Assembly (NCBI GenBank): GCA_965198005.1
Contig: CBDAOI010000004.1
Location: forward strand, 2,126,763-2,190,762
Source of the DNA: Spirochaetia bacterium
GTDB taxonomy: Bacteria; Spirochaetota; Spirochaetia; SZUA-6; Bin103
Length of the DNA: 64,000 nucleotides
Direction: 5' to 3'
Every line of letters starts with the position of its first letter. Position 1 is the stretch's first letter. Positions 57,648-64,000 of this stretch are shown piece by piece. Both the position numbers and the translations under genes were made by a program. The notes under the pieces were generated by a model. It ran no database searches. It had not been told where the DNA came from and saw only the letters and a program-made list of their open reading frames with translations.

Positions 57648-58559
57648 TCATGCAAAAGGACCCGGCGGCTCGAAGTCGGGCGGGAGCGGTGCCTCGAAGG
57701 TGGATGCGGTTGCCGCTGCGGGCAGCGTGACCGTCAGACGGCGGGCGTGCAGCAGCAGGCGCGGCGCCGTGCCGCGGGCGCGTCCCGCGTACAGCGGGTC
57801 GCCCAGGATCGGGTGGCCGAGCCAGCGCACGTGCACCCGGAGCTGGTGGGTGCGCCCGGTGACCGGGCGCAACGCGACCAGCGCCGCATCCGCCCGCCGC
57901 GCCAGCACGCGGTAGCGGGTAACGGCCGCCTTGCCCCGCGAGTCGGACACCCGGAAGCGCAGCGGATCACGCGGGTCGCGCTGCAGCCGGGTCGCAATCC
58001 GGCCGGTCGCCGGCAGCGGGTGGCCGGCGACCCACGCATGGTAGATCTTCCGTACCCGCCGCGCGCTGAACTGGGCTGCCAGGCACGCATGGGCGGCCGC
58101 GTGCCGGGCCACGATGATCACGCCGGAGGTGTCCTTGTCCAGTCGATGCACGATCCCGGGGCGCAGCGAGTCGGGAAACCGGTCGGCCAGCTCCGGATAC
58201 CGATACAGCAGGGCATTGACCAGAGTACCGCCGCGATTGCCGTCGCCCGGATGCACGACCATGCCGCTCGGCTTGTCCACGACCACGACGTTGCGGTCTT
58301 CGAACAGGATTCGCAGCGGGATCGGCGCCGGCTCGGCGTGACGCGGGCGCGGCGGCGTCAGCACCGCCTCCACCCGATCTCCGTTGCCCAACCGAGCACT
58401 CGGTTTTGCAGCGTGCCCGTTCACCCGCAAACCCGCGAGCCGCTGCCTCAGTTGACTGCGTGAAGCGATGTTCACCCGGTCACTCAGAAACCGGTCGGCG
58501 CGCAGTCCCGCACCGCCTTCATCCACGACCAACGAAATCTCGACCGGGGCGGAGTCCAT
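57648..58559 (-). CDS. RluA family pseudouridine synthase (RluD-like, S4 domain)
   Basis: Catalytic [14 protein letters not shown] motif and an N-terminal S4 RNA-binding region. Confidence 0.85.
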   Translation of the reverse strand: MDSAPVEISLVVDEGGAGLRADRFLSDRVNIASRSQLRQRLAGLRVNGHAAKPSARLGNGDRVEAVLTPPRPRHAEPAPIPLRILFEDRNVVVVDKPSGMVVHPGDGNRGGTLVNALLYRYPELADRFPDSLRPGIVHRLDKDTSGVIIVARHAAAHACLAAQFSARRVRKIYHAWVAGHPLPATGRIATRLQRDPRDPLRFRVSDSRGKAAVTRYRVLARRADAALVALRPVTGRTHQLRVHVRWLGHPILGDPLYAGRARGTAPRLLLHARRLTVTLPAAATASTFEAPLPPDFEPPGPFA

Positions 58560-58565
58560 GCCGGC

Positions 58566-58985
58566 TCAGGGGGAGCGGGCCGCAGACCGGTCGTGGGACC
58601 TGCGTTCCTCGGCCGCCAGAATCTGGTCCACGATAGCGACGCCGAGCGCCACCCCGACGGCCGCCAATGCGATGCCCACCTTTTCCCCGGTGTCGTAGGG
58701 ATCCACGTCCCAACGGCGCACCAGCGGCACCCGGTCCGGGTCGAACCCCTCGCCTGCCCAGACCACGTAGTCGTACACCATCGCCGTAAACAGCAGGGCG
58801 ATCGGGAACACGCCTACGGATACGATCTCGGCCCGCCGCAGGTCGTGCAGGATGGGCGCGAATTCCGCCGGGTCGTACGGCTCAGGCTCGGGTGGCGACT
58901 GCTGGGCCGCCAGGTTCGGAGAAGCGCCGGCCAGCAGCGCGACCACGGCAATCACGCCCGCGCGCCGCCGGCACGGATCACGCAT
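58566..58985 (-). CDS. hypothetical membrane protein
   Basis: N-terminal signal/anchor plus two TM segments. No family recognised. Confidence 0.35.
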   Translation of the reverse strand: MRDPCRRRAGVIAVVALLAGASPNLAAQQSPPEPEPYDPAEFAPILHDLRRAEIVSVGVFPIALLFTAMVYDYVVWAGEGFDPDRVPLVRRWDVDPYDTGEKVGIALAAVGVALGVAIVDQILAAEERRSHDRSAARSP

Positions 58986-59736
58986 CCGGTGCACCCGCAG
59001 CCAGCGCCGGCGGCTGCTCACGCGGACCGAACAGCGCCGTGCCGAGCCGGATCAGGGTCGCTCCCTCCTCAATCGCCAACTCGTAGTCCGCGGACATGCC
59101 CATCGACAGCGTGTCGAAGCCGTCGCGTCCGGGCGCCAGCCGCTCGAACAGCCGGCGCAGTCGCTGGAAGCACCGGCGTACGGCGCGTGCGTCGTTGCTC
59201 CACACCGCCATGGTCATCAAACCGCGCACGCGAATCCGATCCAACTGCGCGATCGCGTCCATCGCCCGCTGCAATTCGGTCTCACTCGCAAACCCATGTT
59301 TCGCCGTCTCCCCGGAGGTGTTCAGTTCCAGCAGCAGGTCCATGCCGCGCCCGCCGGGCTCGTCGGGGTCGCTCGCATCTCGGTGGCGGAGCACCCGGTG
59401 CAGCGCCACGGCCGTCTCCACCTTGTCGATCGACTGTACCGTATGAAACAGCTCCGCCGCGCGCCGTGCCTTGTTGCGCTGCAGATGGCCGATCAGGTGG
59501 AGTTCGGCACCGGGCGGCACGGGGAACAACTTGGCGTCCGCTTCCTGTACCCGGTTCTCGCCGATCAGGCGCAGGCCGGCCTCAAGCGCGTCCTCCACCC
59601 GCGCGCGCGGCTGGGTCTTGGTCACCGCGAGAATGCGTATCTCAGCCGGATCCCGCCCGGCGCGCGCGGCCGCCGCGGCCACCCGCTCGCCGGTCAGCGC
59701 GAGCCGCTCTCGAAGCTGCTGCGACGCTCGTTCCAT
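58978..59736 (-). CDS. yggS: YggS family PLP-binding protein (PLP homeostasis)
   Basis: PLP-lysine motif ILAVTKTQP, then IGENRVQE and GHLQRNK. Length about 250 aa. Confidence 0.85.
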   Translation of the reverse strand: MERASQQLRERLALTGERVAAAAARAGRDPAEIRILAVTKTQPRARVEDALEAGLRLIGENRVQEADAKLFPVPPGAELHLIGHLQRNKARRAAELFHTVQSIDKVETAVALHRVLRHRDASDPDEPGGRGMDLLLELNTSGETAKHGFASETELQRAMDAIAQLDRIRVRGLMTMAVWSNDARAVRRCFQRLRRLFERLAPGRDGFDTLSMGMSADYELAIEEGATLIRLGTALFGPREQPPALAAGAPDA

Positions 59737-59855
59737 CGTTTCCGTCGGCACCCAGCTTCCACGGTAGCGCATTCGACCGGTTCTGGCGAGGCCGGTGCGG
59801 CTGCCGCCCGCGGGCGCGTTGCCAGCTCCCCAGTCCGCGCCATATATTGTCCGCG

Positions 59856-60752
59856 ATGGTGAACGGCGACAAGAAAACCGGTACCTGGACGGTGAAGGCC
59901 GGACTGGCCCAGATGCTCAAGGGCGGCGTGATCATGGACGTGGTGACCGCCGATCATGCGCGGATCGCCGAGGACGCGGGCGCCTGCGCGGTAATGGCGC
60001 TCGAGCGCGTACCGGCCGAAATCCGGGCGGCCGGCGGGGTGGCGCGCATGGCGGACCCCACCAAGATCGCCGAGATCCAGGACGCCGTCACGATCCCGGT
60101 CATGGCCAAGTGCCGGATCGGTCACTTCGTCGAGGCCCAGGTGCTGCAGGCGCTCGGCGTCGACTACATCGATGAATCGGAGGTGTTGACGCCGGCGGAC
60201 GAGGCCCACCACGTGTGGAAACACGAGTTCTCGGTGCCGTTCGTGTGCGGTTGCCGAGATCTGGGGGAAGCCCTGCGCCGCATCGCCGAGGGAGCGGCGA
60301 TGATCCGCACCAAGGGCGAAGCGGGAACCGGCAACGTGGTCGAAGCGGTCCGCCATGCGCGCGCGGTTCTGAGCGAGATGCGCCGCATCAAGACGTTGGG
60401 TGAGGATCAGTTGATGGCGGCCGCCAAGCAGCTCGACGCCCCGCTGGAGTTGATCCGCGGCGTCCATCGCGACGGCCGGCTGCCGGTCGTGAACTTCGCC
60501 GCGGGCGGCATCGCCACGCCGGCCGACGCCGCGCTCTTGATGCAGCTCGGAGTGGACGGCGTGTTCGTGGGCTCCGGCATCTTCAAGTCCGAGAACCCCG
60601 CGCGGATGGCGGATGCGATCGTGCGCGCCACCACCCATTACCAGCAGCCGGAGATAGTGGCGGAGGTGTCGCGCGGCCTCGGGGCCGCGATGCCGGGGAT
60701 CGACCTCAACGAGCTGCCCGCGGCCGAGCACCTGGCCATACGCGGCTGGTAG
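59856..60752 (+). CDS. pdxS: pyridoxal 5'-phosphate synthase lyase subunit PdxS
   Basis: KGGVIMDV and [18 protein letters not shown]. Near full-length identity to the PdxS/SNZ family. Confidence 0.93.
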   Translation: MVNGDKKTGTWTVKAGLAQMLKGGVIMDVVTADHARIAEDAGACAVMALERVPAEIRAAGGVARMADPTKIAEIQDAVTIPVMAKCRIGHFVEAQVLQALGVDYIDESEVLTPADEAHHVWKHEFSVPFVCGCRDLGEALRRIAEGAAMIRTKGEAGTGNVVEAVRHARAVLSEMRRIKTLGEDQLMAAAKQLDAPLELIRGVHRDGRLPVVNFAAGGIATPADAALLMQLGVDGVFVGSGIFKSENPARMADAIVRATTHYQQPEIVAEVSRGLGAAMPGIDLNELPAAEHLAIRGW

Positions 60753-60793
60753 CGCAACCACCGGCGCGCCCAACCGCGGCTGACGTTCGTCCG

Positions 60794-61393
60794 ATGTTGA
60801 TCGGCGTCCTGGCGCTACAAGGCGACGTGGCCGAGCACTGCGCCGCGCTGGCCGAGCTTGAGGTGCAGTCGTGCCCGGTGCGGCTGCCGGAGGAGCTGGA
60901 GCCGATCGACGCCCTGATCATCCCGGGCGGCGAGAGCACCACCATGGCGCGCTTGCTGGACCTGTACCGGTTACGAGCGCCGCTGCAGGCGCGCATCGCC
61001 GGCGGCATGCCTACCTGGGGAACCTGCGCCGGCATGGTGCTGCTGGCGCGCCGGCTCACCGACGCCCGGCCCGAACCGCTCGGAACAATCGACATGGTGG
61101 TCAGTCGCAACGCGTTCGGCCGACAGATCGACAGCTTCGAGAGTGAACTGGCGGTAGCGGAGATCGGCCCGGGGCCGCTGCACGCCGTGTTCATCCGGGC
61201 GCCGGTGGTGCATGCGGTGGGGCCGGAGGTCGCAGTGCTGGCCCGGCTCGCGGACGGCCGTGCGGTGGCGGTCCGGCAGGGTCCTCACCTGGCCACCGCG
61301 TTCCATCCCGAGCTGACCGCCGATCGCCGTCTCCATCACTACTTCCTGCGGATGGTGCGACCTGCGCGCGCCGCCGGGAGGCGTCTTTTATAA
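60794..61393 (+). CDS. pdxT: pyridoxal 5'-phosphate synthase glutaminase subunit PdxT
   Basis: Class I glutamine amidotransferase with GTCAG catalytic Cys and a FHPE His/Glu pair. Confidence 0.9.
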   Translation: MLIGVLALQGDVAEHCAALAELEVQSCPVRLPEELEPIDALIIPGGESTTMARLLDLYRLRAPLQARIAGGMPTWGTCAGMVLLARRLTDARPEPLGTIDMVVSRNAFGRQIDSFESELAVAEIGPGPLHAVFIRAPVVHAVGPEVAVLARLADGRAVAVRQGPHLATAFHPELTADRRLHHYFLRMVRPARAAGRRLL

Positions 61394-62430
61394 TGTCGCT
61401 TGAAGTCGCCATCGCGGTGGGCTTCGTAGCGCTGGTGGCGATCGAAACCGCCATCAGTTGGCGTCACGATCTCGGCTCCTACGAGTTCCGGGACACCACG
61501 GCCAACTTCCTCCTGGCGCTCGCCGACCTGCTCATGGCGGCCGCCATGAAGGGGTTGTTTCTGCTGCTGTTCGCGCTCCTGCACCGGTGGGCCCCGCTGG
61601 ACTTCGGCCACGCGTGGTACGGGTGGGTGCTGCTGATCGTGGTGAACGACTTCATCTACTACGCGTTCCACCGCCTGGCGCATCGCAGCCGCTTCATGTG
61701 GGCGTTCCACGTCACCCACCATTCGTCGCGGAAATACAATTTCTCGGTTGCGATCCGCCTCAACCTGTTCATCTTACCGCTCCACTTCCTGTTCATGCTG
61801 CCGCTGGCGCTCGTGGGGTTCCGGCCCGAGGCGATCCTGGTGGTCAACTCGATTGCCACGCTGTATCAGCTTTGGGTGCACACCGAGCTGGTCGGGAAGC
61901 TGGGCGTGCTCGACAAGGTCTTCAACACACCGTCCAATCATCGCGTCCACCACGGCTCCAACTCCTGCTACCTGGACCGCAACTACGGGGCCATGTTCAT
62001 CTTCTGGGACCGCCTGTTCGGCACCTACCAGCCGGAGGCGGAACGACCGGTCTACGGCCTCACGAATAACGTCGACACCTACAACCCGGTGACCCTCACG
62101 CTGCATGAGGTGCGGGCGATGATGCGCGACGTGGCCCGCCCCGGGCCATTGCGGCAGCGCCTGACGTACCTGTTCGGGCCGCCGGGATGGAAGCCGAAGC
62201 AGGCCGCGTCGCAGGCCGCGGCCCGCCGGTTCGGCACGCGTGCCGCCGGCGGCTCGAGGCGGCGTCCGGGAGCGGCCAGGCCGCCGCTGACCGGCCGCAG
62301 GCCGCTGCGACAGCGTCTGATCTACCGTCTCGCGGCTGCCGGCGGCGCACGCCCGGAGCGGACGCTGCAGTGGCTCCGCCTGCGCACTCGGCGGCTCCCG
62401 GACCCGGGCCGCCAGCACCACCGCGATTGA
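61393..62430 (+). CDS. sterol desaturase / fatty acid hydroxylase superfamily protein with Arg/Ala-rich C-terminal tail
   Basis: Histidine boxes HRLAH, HVTHHS and HRVHHG in a 4-TM context. The start overlaps the pdxT stop (TAATG). Confidence 0.75.
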   Translation: MSLEVAIAVGFVALVAIETAISWRHDLGSYEFRDTTANFLLALADLLMAAAMKGLFLLLFALLHRWAPLDFGHAWYGWVLLIVVNDFIYYAFHRLAHRSRFMWAFHVTHHSSRKYNFSVAIRLNLFILPLHFLFMLPLALVGFRPEAILVVNSIATLYQLWVHTELVGKLGVLDKVFNTPSNHRVHHGSNSCYLDRNYGAMFIFWDRLFGTYQPEAERPVYGLTNNVDTYNPVTLTLHEVRAMMRDVARPGPLRQRLTYLFGPPGWKPKQAASQAAARRFGTRAAGGSRRRPGAARPPLTGRRPLRQRLIYRLAAAGGARPERTLQWLRLRTRRLPDPGRQHHRD

Positions 62431-62458
62431 ACGCCCCCGGCGCGGCGGGCTGACGCCG

Positions 62459-63436
62459 ATGGCGCGCACCATGCTGGTTACCGGGGCGACCGGCCAGATC
62501 GGGCGGGCGCTGGTGCGGGCCCTGCTGGACGGCGGCGCCCGGGTGCGCTGTCTGGTGCGGGACCCCGAGCGGGCACGCGCCCTGCTGGGCAACGAGGTCG
62601 AGCTGGCGCGCGCGGACTTGACGGTGCCCGACTCGCTACCAGCCGCGGTGCGTGGCGTCGAGGCGGTCGCGCACCTGGCCGGCAAGGCCTCCTACTGGCC
62701 GGCGCTGGGCCCGGCGATGCGCGCGGTGCACGTGGCCGGCACCTCCCACCTGCTGGACGCCTGCGCCCGGAACGGAGTGCGCAGGCTGCTGTACACCAGC
62801 TCGATCGCCACCCTCGGCTGGGTGGCCGGCGACGGCGCCGGCGACGAGACCACGGCCTACAACTGGCACGGCCTGGGCATCGACTATTTCGACACCAAGT
62901 ACGAAGCGGAGCGCCGGGTGCTGGCCGAAGCGAGAATGGAGACGGTGGTGGTGAATCCGGGGCTGGTGTTCGGCGCCGGCGACAGCGCGGTGAACGGCCT
63001 GCGGCTGCTGCGCGAGATCGCCGCCGGCGTGCCCGGCTATCCTCCCGGCGCCACTACCGCGGCCGTGCTCGACGACGTGGTGGCGGGACACGTCGCGGCT
63101 CTGGAGCGCGGGCGCCCCGGCCAGCGTTACGTCCTGGGAGGGGCCCCGTTGTCGTTCGCGGAGCTGTTCGCGGCCATCGCCGCGGTGGTGGGCGTGGCGG
63201 CGCCACGCCGCCGGTTGGCGCCGGCAGCGCTGGCCGGCATGGCGCTGGTGTCGACCGGTCTCGGCTACCTGAGGCGCCGCGAACCGCGCGTCACCTTCCC
63301 CACCTACCGCATCCTGACCCGCAACCGGCGGTACAGCTCCGCCAAGGCGGTCGCGGAGCTGGGGTATCCGATCTCGCCGCTGGCGGCGGGGCTGCGTCAG
63401 TGCTGGGAGTGGGACCGTTCAAGGTATACCCAGTGA
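62459..63436 (+). CDS. NAD-dependent epimerase/dehydratase (extended SDR) family protein
   Basis: Rossmann-fold motif VTGATGQIGRALVRAL, YxxxK, 325 aa. Resembles dihydroflavonol-reductase-like / HpnA-like sugar epimerases. Confidence 0.8.
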   Translation: MARTMLVTGATGQIGRALVRALLDGGARVRCLVRDPERARALLGNEVELARADLTVPDSLPAAVRGVEAVAHLAGKASYWPALGPAMRAVHVAGTSHLLDACARNGVRRLLYTSSIATLGWVAGDGAGDETTAYNWHGLGIDYFDTKYEAERRVLAEARMETVVVNPGLVFGAGDSAVNGLRLLREIAAGVPGYPPGATTAAVLDDVVAGHVAALERGRPGQRYVLGGAPLSFAELFAAIAAVVGVAAPRRRLAPAALAGMALVSTGLGYLRRREPRVTFPTYRILTRNRRYSSAKAVAELGYPISPLAAGLRQCWEWDRSRYTQ

Positions 63437-63449
63437 GCGCTCGGTTTTA

Positions 63450-64000
63450 TTAGCCTGAGCCGCCGCCCGCGGCTACCTCGGCCAGCGCGGCATCGGCGAT
63501 GTCGATCGTGCGTTCGATGTCTTCCTCGGTGTGGGCGGCACTCAGAAACCAGTTGTGATAGGGATGCAGGTAGGCGCCGCGGCGGGTGGCCGCGGCACAG
63601 AATTGCTGAAACCGCATGAAGTCGTTCTCGGTGGCAAAGCGCACCTTGGGCATGCTCGGCAGTCCGGAAACGTGGAGCTGCTCACCATGGCGGGTCGCGA
63701 CCTGCTGCAGCCCTTCGACCAGCCGGGTGCCGCGCTCGTGCATGAGCGTCACTGCGCCGATCTCCTTCAACCGCTGCAGGCAGGCGAGCGCCGCCGCCAT
63801 CGGCCCCTGGTGCATCCAGAAGGTGCCGGTGGTGAACACCGCGCTGGCGGCCGGCAGCAGGCCGCCGATCCCCATGCAGACCGCGATCGGGTAGCCGTTG
63901 GCGATCGCCTTCGAGAAGCAGGTCAGGTCCGCCCGGAAGCCGAACGCGCTGTGCGAGCCGTCGAGCGACGCGCGGAACCCCACCCGCACGTCGTCGCTGA
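63450..64000 (-). CDS. class-III aminotransferase (GSA-aminomutase-like), C-terminal part (the 5' part lies beyond the window end)
   Basis: C-terminal domain motifs: FSKAIANGYPIA (PLP-Lys region) and the C-terminal helices. The ORF is open at the window edge. Confidence 0.7.
   Translation of the reverse strand, partial: SDDVRVGFRASLDGSHSAFGFRADLTCFSKAIANGYPIAVCMGIGGLLPAASAVFTTGTFWMHQGPMAAALACLQRLKEIGAVTLMHERGTRLVEGLQQVATRHGEQLHVSGLPSMPKVRFATENDFMRFQQFCAAATRRGAYLHPYHNWFLSAAHTEEDIERTIDIADAALAEVAAGGGSG

Overview
This 64 kb window is high-GC (about 70%) bacterial chromosome, most likely from a diderm (Lol-like lipoprotein-export genes, LolA-like and beta-barrel-type proteins). Coding density is high and GC3 bias is strong, which made frame assignment straightforward. 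The backbone is housekeeping. Identified genes include bcp, tsaD, a phosphohexomutase, tRNA-Thr(CGU), mrcA-type PBP1A, gcvH, mutL, rpsF-ssb-rpsR-(yybS-like)-rplI-dnaB, rseP-cdsA-frr-tsf-rpsB, maf, ferritin plus an iron-type ABC importer, and pdxS-pdxT. The most unusual locus is at 50.3-55.9 kb. It holds a 1155-aa fusion of an EndoQ-like PHP nuclease and zinc ribbon to a complete UvrD/PcrA-type SF1 helicase. Converging on that gene is a clearly lower-GC (about 55-58%) two-gene cassette: a SMC/ABC-type AAA ATPase translationally coupled to a small DUF4276/RloB-like TOPRIM-fold protein. This is the split OLD-nuclease architecture seen in AbiL, PARIS and Gabija-type anti-phage modules, and looks like a horizontally acquired defense island, possibly a rearranged Gabija-like system. 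Other items worth a second look: (i) a promoter-to-terminator unit just upstream of PBP1A that looks like a small RNA or leader; (ii) an orphan low-GC small gene with palindromic operators and a strong terminator hairpin; (iii) a TerB-VOC fusion; (iv) an ABC system with one ATPase, three FtsX permeases (two are recent paralogs) and a LolA-like protein; (v) an in-frame triplicated stop-codon repeat; (vi) AT-rich tandem-repeat operators around the ferritin and iron-transporter genes; (vii) a 63-bp duplication of the cdsA start region that creates a translational-coupling relay uORF. No CRISPR arrays, rRNAs, transposases or integrases were seen. All calls are from sequence inspection and remembered family signatures only; no searches were run.
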